Part shown: piece after piece, positions 18,200 to 27,520 of the stretch | Position numbering within the stretch: the stretch's first letter is position 1 | Layout: the number at the start of each line of letters is the position of its first letter | Assembly: GCA_049274755.1 (NCBI GenBank) | Contig: JBASTF010000206.1 | Coordinates: 22,682-86,681 of the forward strand | Source: Rubrivivax sp. | Lineage (GTDB): Bacteria > Pseudomonadota > Gammaproteobacteria > Burkholderiales > Burkholderiaceae_C | Direction of reading: 5' to 3' | Length of the DNA: 64,000 nt | The notes under the pieces: generated by a model | What the model was told of the DNA's origin: nothing | The model's input: the letters and a program-made list of their open reading frames with translations, nothing else | The model's database searches: none | Made by a program: the position numbers and the translations under genes

Positions 18200-18608
18200 G
18201 CGTCATCCACGCGTGAAGGAAGCCGAGCGGCTGGTGCGCCAGCGCCACCGAGACCATGAACCCATACACCGCCAGTGCAGCCCCATAGCTGGCCGCGCGT
18301 GCCGTAGGCGACCGCGCCCGCTTGAGCGCCAGCGAGCCCAGCACGATGCAAAGCACCAGCAGCGTCAGCTTGGCCCCGAGCCAGGGGCTGCTCGCCGGGT
18401 TCAGCGACAGCCCGGCCCACAGCATCACCCCTGCCATGAGCAGCGCCGTGTCGATGCCATAGCTGGTCATCCGCCAGGGCTTGGCCATCGCCCAGCCCCT
18501 GCCGGCCAGCACGAGGGCGCCGCGCACCGCGAACAACGCTCCACTGGCCAGCACGAGGCCGATGTGGGCTGCCTTGATCTGCAGATACCAGCTTGCAAAC
18601 TCAGACAT
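18189..18608 (-). CDS. SirB2-like small integral membrane protein
   Basis: Four hydrophobic helices, with 'YLQIKAAHIGLVLASGALFAVRG' and 'YGIDTALLMAGVML'. ATG 18608 is preferred over the TTG at 18620. Confidence 0.55.
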   Translation of the reverse strand: MSEFASWYLQIKAAHIGLVLASGALFAVRGALVLAGRGWAMAKPWRMTSYGIDTALLMAGVMLWAGLSLNPASSPWLGAKLTLLVLCIVLGSLALKRARSPTARAASYGAALAVYGFMVSVALAHQPLGFLHAWMTHGA

Positions 18609-18648
18609 GGTGATTGGCAAGCCGCTGCAAGCGACTAAGCTCCCGGGT

Positions 18649-19053
18649 ATGGAAATCAGTCACTTCAACGACCTGCTGGCCGCCGCGCGGCAACAACCCG
18701 AGCCGCAGAGCCTTTTGCTGGTGTTTGCCGGGGCGAGCCTGCCCGCAGACGCCACGGCCGAACAACGGGCTCGCTTCGAGGCGGGCGAATCGGGTGAACT
18801 GGCGCCGCTGATGTGCGTCGACAAGGATCCGGCCAATCTGCCGGATTTCGCCGCCTTGCAGGCCGAAGCCGCGGCCATGGGCCCCGAGTGGGCGCTGGTT
18901 TTCGCCGCGGCCCTGTCTGGCCACGGACAGCGGGCGCCCGAAGCAGCGCAGGTGGAAGCCGCGCTCAACCGCATGGTCGAGGCGGTGAAGTCCGGCAACC
19001 TCAGTGGCCTGATCCCCTTTGACCGCCAGGGCGAGGCCGTGCAGCTGGACTGA
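18649..19053 (+). CDS. Conserved hypothetical protein (134 aa)
   Basis: ATG 18649 within ORF 18481..19053 ('MEISHFNDLLAAARQQPEPQSLLLVFAG...'). A strong hairpin follows the gene. Confidence 0.55.
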   Translation: MEISHFNDLLAAARQQPEPQSLLLVFAGASLPADATAEQRARFEAGESGELAPLMCVDKDPANLPDFAALQAEAAAMGPEWALVFAAALSGHGQRAPEAAQVEAALNRMVEAVKSGNLSGLIPFDRQGEAVQLD

Positions 19054-19057
19054 GGCT

Positions 19058-19089
19058 GGACGTACGACGCCGGAAGGCGTCGTACGCCT
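19058..19089 (+). terminator. GC-rich hairpin downstream of 18649..19053
   Basis: cgtacgacgcc-ggaa-ggcgtcgtacg is a perfect 11-bp stem with a GGAA loop. There is no clear U-tract. Confidence 0.4.
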
Positions 19090-19097
19090 GCCGAAGG

Positions 19098-19125
19098 CCG
19101 ACGCCCGATTTCACGGGCGTCGGCT
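19098..19125 (-). terminator. GC-rich hairpin downstream of the nar operon / carbonic anhydrase gene
   Basis: gccgacgccc-gatttcac-gggcgtcggc is a perfect 10-bp stem lying between the convergent gene ends. Confidence 0.4.
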
Positions 19126-19143
19126 GAACGGCTGCTGGCGGGA

Positions 19144-19830
19144 TCACAAGCGCGTCGACTCATCGTCCTGCCGCGCTTCGGGCGCATGCGCCCGGTACGG
19201 TCCGGTCCCCGCGTTGTCGGCCTGGGCTGCCGGCACGAAGCCACCCCGCTGCACGTCGAAGACGTGCACCTCACCGTCCTCGATCACGTAGTGCCAGCCG
19301 TGCAGGGCCAGCGTGCCGGCCTCCACGCGCTCGCGCACCATCGGGTAGTCCATCAGCCGCTCCAGCTGCAGCACCACCGCGCGCTGTTCGGTGCGCCGCA
19401 GCACATCAGGGCCGGGCTCCGCCACCGGCAAGGCGGCTTCGCGGCCGAGCTCCAGCCATTGCGACAAGTGCTTGGCCTCGGGTGAGACATCGCCATACAA
19501 GGCCCGGATCGCGCCGCAATGACTGTGGCCGCACACCACGATGCGCTGAACCGACAGGTTGAGCACGGCGAACTCGATGGCCGCCGCGGTGCCGTGGAAG
19601 CCGTGACTCTGGTCGTGTGGCGGCACGAAAGCCCCCACGTTGCGCACCAGGAACAGCTCGCCCGGGCCGGCGCCGGTCAGCAGGTAGGGCACCAGGCGCG
19701 AATCACTGCAACCGATGAACAGCGTCATCGGATGCTGGCCGTCGTCGACCAAGTGCCTGAAGTGAGAGCGGTGCAGCGGGAAGGCGTCGGTCTGGAAGCG
19801 CTGCAGCCGCTGCAGGAGTTCGTCGGGCAT
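19144..19830 (-). CDS. Beta-class carbonic anhydrase
   Basis: 'LFIGCSDSRLVP', 'LFLVRNVGAFVPP' and 'IVVCGHSHCGAIRAL' are the Cys-Asp-Arg...His-x-x-Cys zinc-ligand motifs. Confidence 0.9.
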   Translation of the reverse strand: MPDELLQRLQRFQTDAFPLHRSHFRHLVDDGQHPMTLFIGCSDSRLVPYLLTGAGPGELFLVRNVGAFVPPHDQSHGFHGTAAAIEFAVLNLSVQRIVVCGHSHCGAIRALYGDVSPEAKHLSQWLELGREAALPVAEPGPDVLRRTEQRAVVLQLERLMDYPMVRERVEAGTLALHGWHYVIEDGEVHVFDVQRGGFVPAAQADNAGTGPYRAHAPEARQDDESTRL

Positions 19831-19852
19831 GGCGGGGCGGGTCTGTTCGGCG

Positions 19853-20629
19853 TTACTGCACCAAGGGCGACTCGGCCGCCTCCAGGTCGACGCCCGTCAA
19901 GGTGGCCGCACCGGCCAGCAGTTGCAGGTACTGCCGCAGGGCGGTGGCGAAGGCCTGCTGGCGAAGACCTTGCGCGACGGCCGACTTCACGGCCTCGAAC
20001 GCCGGGTCCAGACCCGGTTCGCGCGCCAGTACCTCCACCACATGCAGCCCGAAGCGGCTGTGCACCAGACGCGGCAGCACGCCGACCTCCGGTTTGCCGA
20101 AGATCTCGCAGGCGAACTCGGGCGCACAGTCGTCGGTCGTCAACCATCCCAGGGCGCCACCATCGGCCCCGCTGGGGCAGTTCGAGGTGACCGAGGCCGC
20201 TGCCGCAAAGCGATCCTCGCCATCGGGTGCAGCGCAACGCACATCCAGCAGGCAGGCCTCGGCCCGCTGGCGAAGCGCGTTCACGTCCACACCCGGTGTC
20301 ACGGCAAACAGCACGTGGCGCAGCTGCACACGTTCACCCACGGCGTAGCGGCCACGCTGGGCCGCGTGGTGCCGGCGCAGGGCCTCGTCTGACGGCTCGG
20401 GTACATGCAGCTCGCGGTCCAGCAGGGATTCAATGGCCGTGCTGGCGTCCTCGGTCATGGCGCCGCCCAAGGGCAGCGGGTCGTCTGCCGCCAGCAGGCC
20501 GACTTGGATGGCGGCCTGGCGCAGCAGCTCGGCACAGGCCCGCTGCCGGAGGTCTTCGGTCGTCAGCGCTTCGTTGGGGTAGGCCAGCACGATGCCGTTG
20601 ACCTGGGGGAGCAAGGAAGTGGTGTTCAT
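19853..20629 (-). CDS. Parvulin-type peptidyl-prolyl isomerase (nar-associated PpiC/NifM-like)
   Basis: 258 aa. The C-terminal section 'VQLRHVLFAV...SNCPSGADGGALGWLTTDDCAPEFACEIFG...SRFGLHVVEVLARE' matches the rotamase pattern. It sits immediately downstream of narI. Confidence 0.75.
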   Translation of the reverse strand: MNTTSLLPQVNGIVLAYPNEALTTEDLRQRACAELLRQAAIQVGLLAADDPLPLGGAMTEDASTAIESLLDRELHVPEPSDEALRRHHAAQRGRYAVGERVQLRHVLFAVTPGVDVNALRQRAEACLLDVRCAAPDGEDRFAAAASVTSNCPSGADGGALGWLTTDDCAPEFACEIFGKPEVGVLPRLVHSRFGLHVVEVLAREPGLDPAFEAVKSAVAQGLRQQAFATALRQYLQLLAGAATLTGVDLEAAESPLVQ

Positions 20630-20662
20630 GGCCCGAGCTTTCTGCTGAGAGTGGGAAAGAGC

Positions 20663-21388
20663 TCAACCGACACGCCGCGGCTGGGTTTGCCCCGCGGGCA
20701 CGTTCAGCCTGCGGGCGCGCACCATCTGGTAGGGCCGCACCAGGTAAGCCAGCGTGCCGAAGCCGCTCCACACGTGCACGAGGCGGCTGAAGGGAAACAG
20801 CAGGAAGATCGTCATGCCCAGCAGCATGTGCGCCTGGAAGTGCCACTCGACACCGGCCACCAGCGCGGCATTCGGCTGCATCAGCACGATGCCCTGCAGG
20901 TACTCGGCCAGGCGCAGCATGGTCTGCGGGTCCTTCACGTGGTGCAGCGAGGCCGGCAGCGTCGACAGGCCAATGACCAGCTGCACCCACAGGATCACGA
21001 GGATGGCGATGTCGGTGCGGTGGCTGGTGAGGCGGATGCGCGGGTCGAACAGGCGGCGGTGCAGCAGCATGGTCAAGCCGATGAAGCACAGCCCCCCGGC
21101 AACGCCGCCAGCCACCACCGCGATCAACTGCTTCTGCGAGGCGGTGACGAAGATCTCGTACAGCCAGTGCGGCGTGAGCTGCCCGAAGAGGTGGCCGAAG
21201 AACAGGAACAGGATGCCGCCGTGGAACAGGTTGCTGCCCCAGCGCAGCTGCGCCTTGCGCAGCAGCTGCGAGCTGTCGCTCTTCCAGGTGTACTGGTCGC
21301 GGTCGAAGCGGGCCAGGCTGCCCATCAGGAAGACGGCCAGACAGAGGTATGGGTAGACGTTGAAGGCGAAGTTGTGGAGGGTGTTCAT
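20663..21388 (-). CDS. narI: Respiratory nitrate reductase gamma subunit
   Basis: 241 aa with five TM segments. 'RWGSNLFHGGILFLFFGH' and 'HMLLGMTIFLLFPFSRLVHVWS' carry the haem-b His ligands. Confidence 0.95.
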   Translation of the reverse strand: MNTLHNFAFNVYPYLCLAVFLMGSLARFDRDQYTWKSDSSQLLRKAQLRWGSNLFHGGILFLFFGHLFGQLTPHWLYEIFVTASQKQLIAVVAGGVAGGLCFIGLTMLLHRRLFDPRIRLTSHRTDIAILVILWVQLVIGLSTLPASLHHVKDPQTMLRLAEYLQGIVLMQPNAALVAGVEWHFQAHMLLGMTIFLLFPFSRLVHVWSGFGTLAYLVRPYQMVRARRLNVPAGQTQPRRVG

Positions 21389-22098
21389 GCGGACGCTCCC
21401 GGCGTGACTTGGGTGGCTGTGCGCACCGGCGTGCGCACGATCTGGATCGGTTGGGGCTGCCCAGGTCGCGCCTGGCCCTGGGTGGAGCAGCCGTCGAAGG
21501 CCATGGGCTCGGCCCAGCTCTCGTCCAGCTCGGGCTCGGACGGCACGGTGACCGCCTGCGCCTTCTCACCGGCCAGGTCCAGCAACGCGGCCAGCACGCA
21601 GGCGTGCGCCGCCTCGCGGCGCAACAGCGCGCTGAAGATCACCTGCAGGATGTGGGCGATCTCGCCCAGGAAAGCCTTGGCCTGCGCCGGGGGCTGGGTG
21701 GACGCGTACTGAAGCACCACCGTCAGGTGGTCCGGCAGTTCGCCCGGTGCCAGGAACAGGCCCGCCGCCTCGTAGGTCTGGCACAGGTCCACCATGGCTG
21801 GGCCGCGGTCGCGGCTGTCGCCGTGCACGTGCTCGAACAGGTGCAGCGCGGTACCGCGGCCCCGGTCGAAAAGTTCAACGTGGTCGGCTTCCACGTCCAG
21901 CGGGCGGCGACGGGCCAGTCGTGTGATCAGGGCATCCAGTTCCGCCAGGCGATCGGCGCTGAGCGCGCCCTCGTCGTGCAAGGCCGCCTGCAGCTCGGGC
22001 AGGTGGGCGCGCAGCTCGGCGTCGGGGTAGCTCAGCAGGTGGGCGAGCACACGCAGGGTCTTGGTGGCCGGCACCGGAGTGGTATTGAAGAAGCTCAT
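21385..22098 (-). CDS. narJ: Nitrate reductase molybdenum-cofactor assembly chaperone
   Basis: 'LRVLAHLLSYPDAELRAHLPELQAAL' and 'YEAAGLFLAPGELPDHLTVVLQYAS'. It lies between narH and narI with overlapping ends. Confidence 0.9.
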   Translation of the reverse strand: MSFFNTTPVPATKTLRVLAHLLSYPDAELRAHLPELQAALHDEGALSADRLAELDALITRLARRRPLDVEADHVELFDRGRGTALHLFEHVHGDSRDRGPAMVDLCQTYEAAGLFLAPGELPDHLTVVLQYASTQPPAQAKAFLGEIAHILQVIFSALLRREAAHACVLAALLDLAGEKAQAVTVPSEPELDESWAEPMAFDGCSTQGQARPGQPQPIQIVRTPVRTATQVTPGASA

Positions 22099-22100
22099 GG

Positions 22101-23624
22101 TCAGACCCCCGCCTTGATGGGAATGGTGCGCTTCTTCTCGCTGCCGAAGAGGCTGGTCTCGGTCGTGCCTTCGCTGCAGCCGTTACCGAAGCTGAAGCCG
22201 CAGCCGCCGCGCACGTTGAACGCGTTCTCGGCGTACTCACGGTGCGTCGTCGGGATGACAAAGCGGTCTTCGTAGTTGGCGATGGCCATCACTTGGTACA
22301 TCTCCTCGACCTGGTTGACGCTCAGCTTCACCTGGTCGATGGCGGCGTGGTTGGCCACGCCATCCACGTGCTTGGCGCGCTGGTAGGCGCGCATGGCCAG
22401 CATGCGTTCCAGTGCCCCCACCACCGGCACCGTGTCCCCCGCCGTCAGCAGGTTGGCCAGGTACTTGACGGGGATGCGCAACTGGTTGACATCCGGGATC
22501 TCGCCGTTGGTGCCCACGTGCCCGGCGTTCGCTGCTGCAGTGATGGGGCTGAGCGGCGGCACGTACCAGACCATCGGCAGCGTGCGGTACTCGGGGTGCA
22601 GCGGCAGCGCCACCTTCCACTCCACCGCCATCTTGTAGACGGGGCTGTTGCGGGCGGCCTCCATCCAGTTGTCCGGAATGCCGTCCAGCTTGGCCTGGGC
22701 GATGACCTTCGGGTCGTTCGGGTCCAGGAAGATGTCGAGCTGCGCCTGGTACAGATCCTTGTCGTTGACGACGCTGGCGGCTTCCTGGATGCGGTCGGCG
22801 TCGTACAGCAGCACGCCCAGGTAGCGGATGCGGCCCACGCAGGTCTCGCTGCACACCGTGGGCTGGCCGGCCTCGATGCGTGGGTAGCAGAAAATGCACT
22901 TCTCGGCCTTGCCGCTCTTCCAGTTGTAGTAGATCTTCTTGTAGGGGCAGCCGCTCACGCACATGCGCCAGCCGCGGCACTTGTCCTGGTCGATGAGGAC
23001 GATGCCGTCTTCCTCGCGCTTGTAGATGGAGCCCGAGGGACAGCTCGCGACGCACGCCGGGTTCAGGCAGTGCTCGCACAGCCGGGGCAGGTACATCATG
23101 AAGGTGTTCTCGAACTGGCCGTAGATGTCCTTCTGGATGTCGTCGAAGTTCTTGTCCTTGCTGCGCTTCGAGAACTCGCCACCCAGGATCTCTTCCCAGT
23201 TCGGGCCCCACTCAATCTTCTCCATGCGCTTGCCCGTGATCAGGCTGCGCGGCCGCGCGGTGGGCGCGTGCTGCATCTCGGGCGCCGACTGCAGGTGGTC
23301 GTAGTCGAAGGTGAAGGGCTCGTAGTAGTCGTCGATCTGCGGCAGGTTGGGGTTGGCAAAGATCTTCATCAAGAGCTTCCACTTGCCACCCTGGCGCGGC
23401 TCGATGGACCCATTGGCCTTGCGAACCCAGCCACCGTTCCACTTGTCCTGGTTCTCCCATTCCTTGGGGTAGCCGATGCCGGGCTTGGTCTCGACGTTGT
23501 TGAACCAGGCGTATTCCACGCCGGGGCGGCTGGTCCACACGTTCTTGCAGGTCACGCTGCAGGTGTGGCAGCCGATGCACTTGTCCAGGTTCAGCACCAT
23601 GCCGATCTGTGCGCGTACTTTCAT
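22101..23624 (-). CDS. narH: Respiratory nitrate reductase beta subunit
   Basis: ORF 22101..23810 trimmed to 'MKVRAQIGMVLNLDKCIGCHTCSVTCKNVW' (ATG 23624). Four Fe-S cysteine clusters are present. Confidence 0.95.
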   Translation of the reverse strand: MKVRAQIGMVLNLDKCIGCHTCSVTCKNVWTSRPGVEYAWFNNVETKPGIGYPKEWENQDKWNGGWVRKANGSIEPRQGGKWKLLMKIFANPNLPQIDDYYEPFTFDYDHLQSAPEMQHAPTARPRSLITGKRMEKIEWGPNWEEILGGEFSKRSKDKNFDDIQKDIYGQFENTFMMYLPRLCEHCLNPACVASCPSGSIYKREEDGIVLIDQDKCRGWRMCVSGCPYKKIYYNWKSGKAEKCIFCYPRIEAGQPTVCSETCVGRIRYLGVLLYDADRIQEAASVVNDKDLYQAQLDIFLDPNDPKVIAQAKLDGIPDNWMEAARNSPVYKMAVEWKVALPLHPEYRTLPMVWYVPPLSPITAAANAGHVGTNGEIPDVNQLRIPVKYLANLLTAGDTVPVVGALERMLAMRAYQRAKHVDGVANHAAIDQVKLSVNQVEEMYQVMAIANYEDRFVIPTTHREYAENAFNVRGGCGFSFGNGCSEGTTETSLFGSEKKRTIPIKAGV

Positions 23625-23652
23625 GTTCTTGCTCCTTGGCTGATCGGCGGGT

Positions 23653-26600
23653 TCAGGGGTTCTCACCCTGGCCTTGATAGGCCTCGGCGAGATGGTCATC
23701 AGCCGGGGTGTCCAGCCAGTCGACCTTGGCCATCTTGCGCACCACCACGAACTCGTCGCGATTGGTGCCGATGGTTCCGTAGTAGTTGAAGCCGTAGCTG
23801 AACTGCGCATAGCCGCCGATCATGTGGGTGGGCTTGAGCACGATGCGCGTCACGCTGTTGTGGATGCCGCCGCGCACGCCGGTGATCTGCGATCCGGGCG
23901 TGTTGATGATCTTTTCCTGCGCGTGGTACATCAGCAGCATGCCGGGGTTCACGCGCTGGCTCACCACCGCGCGGGCTGCAATGGCACCGTTGATGTTGAA
24001 GACCTCGACCCAGTCGTTGTCGACGATGCCGCTGCGTTTGGCATCGTCCTCGCTCAGCCACACCACCGGGCCGCCGCGGTTCAGCGTCAGCATCAGCAGG
24101 TTGTCGCTGTAGGTGCTGTGGATGCCCCACTTCTGGTGCGGCGTGATGAAGTTGAGCAGGATCTCCTGGTGCCCGTTCGGCTTGATGTTGTGGATGCCGG
24201 CCGTGGTCTTCAGGTCCACCGGCGGGCGGTAGCTGCTCAAGGCCTCGCCGAAGGCGATCACCCAGGGGTGGTCCAGGTAGAACTGCTGGCGGCCGGTCAG
24301 CGTGCGCCAGGGAATCATCTCGTGCACGTTGGTGTAGCCCGCGTTGTACGAGACGGTCTCGCTCTCGATGCCGCTCCAGGTCGGGCTGCTGATGATCTTG
24401 CGCGGTTGCGCCTGCACGTCGCGGTAGCGGATCTTTTCGTCCTCGCGGTACAGCGCCAGGTGGGTGTGGTCGCGACCGGTCTGCTTGCCCAGGGCCTGCC
24501 AGGCCTTCACCGCCACGTGGCCGTTGGTTTCGGGCGCGAGTTGCAGGATGACCTCGCAGGCGTCGATGTCGGTCACGATCTTCGGCATGCCCTTCGTCAC
24601 GCCTTCGGTCAACGTCTTGCCGTTCAACTGGCCGAGCTGTTCGACCTCGGTGCCGGTCTTCCAGCCGATGCCCTTGCCGCCGTTGCCCAGCTTGTCCATC
24701 AAGGGGCCCAGCGCAGTGAAACGCTTGAACACGTTCGGGTAGTCGCGCTCCACCACGGTGATCTGCGGCGCCGTCTTGCCGGGGATCAGGTCGCACTGGC
24801 CCTTCTTCCATTCCTTCACGTCGAAGGGCTGGGCCAGCTCGCCGGCGGTGTCATGCATGATGGGCGTGAGCACCACCTCCTTCTCCACGCCCAGGTGGCC
24901 GACGCACACCTCGCTGAAGGTCTTGGCGAAGCCCTTGTAGATCTCCCAGTCGGAGCGTGATTGCCACACCGGGTCCACCGCCGCGCTCAGCGGGTGGATG
25001 AAGGGGTGCATGTCGCTGGTGTTGAGGTCGTTCTTCTCGTACCAGCTGGCGGTGGGCAGCACGATGTCGCTGTACAGGCAGGTGGTGCTCATCCGGAAGT
25101 CCAGCGTCACCACCAGGTCGAGCTTGCCGACGGGTGCTTCCTTGTGCCACTTCACCTCGGTGGGCTTGGCATCGTCAGCGCCCAGGTCCTTGCCCTGGAT
25201 GCCGTTCTCGGTACCCAGCAGGTGCTTGCAGAAGTACTCGTGCCCCTTGCCCGACGAGCCCAGCAGGTTGCTGCGCCAGACAAACAGCACGCGCGGCCAG
25301 TTCTGGGGTGCGTCGGGGTCTTCGCAGCTCATCTGGACGGTGCCGTCCTTCAGCGCCTTGACGACGTAGTCCTTGGCGTCCAGGCCGGCGGCGCTGGCGT
25401 CCTTCACCACCTGCAGCGGGTTGGTCTTGAGCTGCGGCGCACTGGGCAGCCAGCCCATGCGTTCGGCGCGCACGTTGTAGTCGATCATGCTGCCGCCGAA
25501 AGCCGTCTTGTCGGCCAGCGGCGAGACGATCTCTTCCATGCCCAGCTTCTCGTAGCGCCACTGGTCGGTGTGGGCGTAGAAGAAGCTGGTGCTGTTCATC
25601 TGGCGCGGCGGGCGGCACCAGTCCAGCGCAAAGGCCAGCGCCGTCCAGCCGGTCTGCGGGCGCAGCTTTTCCTGGCCCACGTAATGCGCCCAGCCACCGC
25701 CGCTCTGGCCGATGCAGCCGCACATCATCAGCAGGTTGATGACGCCGCGGTAGTTCATGTCGGCGTGGTACCAGTGGTTCATCGCCGCGCCGATGATCAC
25801 CATGCTCTTGCCGTGCGTCTTGTGCGCGTTCTCGGCGAACTGGCGGGCCACGGTGATGATCTGGTCACGCGGCGTGCCGGTGATGCTCTCGGCCCAGGCC
25901 GGTGTGTAGGCCGCGTTGTCGTCGTAGCTCTTGGCGCCACTGCCCAGCCCGCGGTCGATGCCGTACTGCGCCACCTGCAGGTCGAACACCGTGGCCACCA
26001 GCGCTTCGCGGTGCTCACCCTCCTTGCCCAGCCGCAGGCGCACGGCAGGCACCTTGACGAAGTTGACTTCGCCGTTCTGGGTGTTGGACTTGAAATGCGG
26101 GGTGCTGACGCCGCCGAAGTACGGCAGGCCGATATCCACCACCTCATGCGCCTGCTCGCCGTCTTCGATGACGGACAACTTCAGCTTCACCTCGGTGCCG
26201 TGGCGCGCTTCCTTGCTCTCCAGGTTCCACTTGCCCTGGTCCACGCCGCCCTCAGGCGTCCAGCGGAAGCCGATGCTGCCGTTGGGCAGCACCGCGCGGC
26301 CGTTCGTGTCGAAGGCCACCGTCTTCCACTCGGGGTTGTTCTCCTGGCCGAGCTTGCCGTTGAAGTCGCTAGCGCGCAGGTAGCGGTCGGGCACCAGGGT
26401 CTTGCGGCCGTCGGGCAGCGTGTGCTCCTTGAGCATCACCAGCAGCGGCAGGTCGGTGTAGCGGCGCGCGTAGTCGTCGAAGTACGGGCTGCGCTGCTTG
26501 AAATAGAACTCGTTGAGCGCCACGTGGCCCATGGCCATGGCCAGCGCCGCATCGGTGCCCTGCTTCGGGTGCAGCCAGATGTCGGCCAGCTTGGCCACCT

Positions 26601-27459
26601 CGCTGTAGTCGGGCGTGATGGCCACCGTCTTCGCGCCCTTGTAGCGAACCTCGGTGAAGAAGTGCGCGTCGGGCGTACGGGTCTGCGGCACGTTGCTGCC
26701 CCAGGCCATGATATAGGTGCTGTTGTACCAATCGGCACTCTCGGGCACGTCGGTCTGCTCGCCCCACACCTGCGGGCTGGCGGGTGGCAGGTCGCAGTAC
26801 CAGTCGTAGAAGCTCATGCACACGCCGCCGATCAGGCTGAGGTAGCGGCTGCCGGCGGCGTAGCTGACCATGCTCATCGCCGGGATCGGCGAGAAGCCGA
26901 TCACCCGATCGGGGCCGTGCTTCTTGATCGTGTAGACGTTACTGGCCGCGATGATCTGGTTCACCTCGTCCCAGCTGCTGCGCACGAAGCCGCCCATGCC
27001 ACGCACCTTCTGGTAGTCGCGTCGGGCGGCGTCGTCCTCGACGATGCTGGCCCAGGCATCGACGGGGGTCTTGGCCACCTTCATCGCCGCGCGCCAGCGC
27101 TCGAGCAGTCGGCCGCGCACCATCGGGTACTTCACGCGGTTGGCGCTGTACAGGTACCAGCTGTAGCTGGCGCCGCGGGCGCAGCCGCGCGGCTCGTGGT
27201 TGGGCATGTCCCAGCGGGTGCGCGGGTAGTCGGTCTGCTGCGTTTCCCAGGTGACGATGCCGCCCTTGACGTAGATCTTCCAGCTGCAGCTGCCCGTGCA
27301 GTTCACGCCATGGGTGCTGCGCACGATCTTGTCGTGCGCCCAGCGGTTGCGGTAGGCATCTTCCCAGGTGCGGTCTTCACCGGTGGTGAGGCCGTGGTCG
27401 CCCGAGAAGGTCTCCTTGGGCAGCGAGAAGTGGGTGAGGCGGTCCAGAAAGTGGCTCAT
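23653..27459 (-). CDS. narG: Respiratory nitrate reductase alpha subunit
   Basis: ORF 23653..27552 trimmed to 'MSHFLDRLTHFS' (ATG 27459). 'HGVNCTGSCSWKIYVKGGIVTWE' is the FS0 cluster motif, and the protein is about 1268 aa long. Confidence 0.95.
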   Translation of the reverse strand: MSHFLDRLTHFSLPKETFSGDHGLTTGEDRTWEDAYRNRWAHDKIVRSTHGVNCTGSCSWKIYVKGGIVTWETQQTDYPRTRWDMPNHEPRGCARGASYSWYLYSANRVKYPMVRGRLLERWRAAMKVAKTPVDAWASIVEDDAARRDYQKVRGMGGFVRSSWDEVNQIIAASNVYTIKKHGPDRVIGFSPIPAMSMVSYAAGSRYLSLIGGVCMSFYDWYCDLPPASPQVWGEQTDVPESADWYNSTYIMAWGSNVPQTRTPDAHFFTEVRYKGAKTVAITPDYSEVAKLADIWLHPKQGTDAALAMAMGHVALNEFYFKQRSPYFDDYARRYTDLPLLVMLKEHTLPDGRKTLVPDRYLRASDFNGKLGQENNPEWKTVAFDTNGRAVLPNGSIGFRWTPEGGVDQGKWNLESKEARHGTEVKLKLSVIEDGEQAHEVVDIGLPYFGGVSTPHFKSNTQNGEVNFVKVPAVRLRLGKEGEHREALVATVFDLQVAQYGIDRGLGSGAKSYDDNAAYTPAWAESITGTPRDQIITVARQFAENAHKTHGKSMVIIGAAMNHWYHADMNYRGVINLLMMCGCIGQSGGGWAHYVGQEKLRPQTGWTALAFALDWCRPPRQMNSTSFFYAHTDQWRYEKLGMEEIVSPLADKTAFGGSMIDYNVRAERMGWLPSAPQLKTNPLQVVKDASAAGLDAKDYVVKALKDGTVQMSCEDPDAPQNWPRVLFVWRSNLLGSSGKGHEYFCKHLLGTENGIQGKDLGADDAKPTEVKWHKEAPVGKLDLVVTLDFRMSTTCLYSDIVLPTASWYEKNDLNTSDMHPFIHPLSAAVDPVWQSRSDWEIYKGFAKTFSEVCVGHLGVEKEVVLTPIMHDTAGELAQPFDVKEWKKGQCDLIPGKTAPQITVVERDYPNVFKRFTALGPLMDKLGNGGKGIGWKTGTEVEQLGQLNGKTLTEGVTKGMPKIVTDIDACEVILQLAPETNGHVAVKAWQALGKQTGRDHTHLALYREDEKIRYRDVQAQPRKIISSPTWSGIESETVSYNAGYTNVHEMIPWRTLTGRQQFYLDHPWVIAFGEALSSYRPPVDLKTTAGIHNIKPNGHQEILLNFITPHQKWGIHSTYSDNLLMLTLNRGGPVVWLSEDDAKRSGIVDNDWVEVFNINGAIAARAVVSQRVNPGMLLMYHAQEKIINTPGSQITGVRGGIHNSVTRIVLKPTHMIGGYAQFSYGFNYYGTIGTNRDEFVVVRKMAKVDWLDTPADDHLAEAYQGQGENP

Positions 27460-27520
27460 GAAGTCGTCCTTGGGAAAAGTCGTCTGTGCTCGAAGTTCAG
27501 CGAGGGAATCGGCGGGCAAA

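Noticed and set aside
20405-21712. 435-aa plus ORF and 379-aa minus alternate-frame ORF (20430..21569)
   Set aside because: One is antisense and the other out of frame relative to narI and narJ.
22242-23789. 515-aa plus-strand ORF, plus the 324-aa alternate-frame minus ORF at 22237..23211
   Set aside because: One is antisense and the other out of frame relative to narH, whose Fe-S cysteine clusters identify the real frame.
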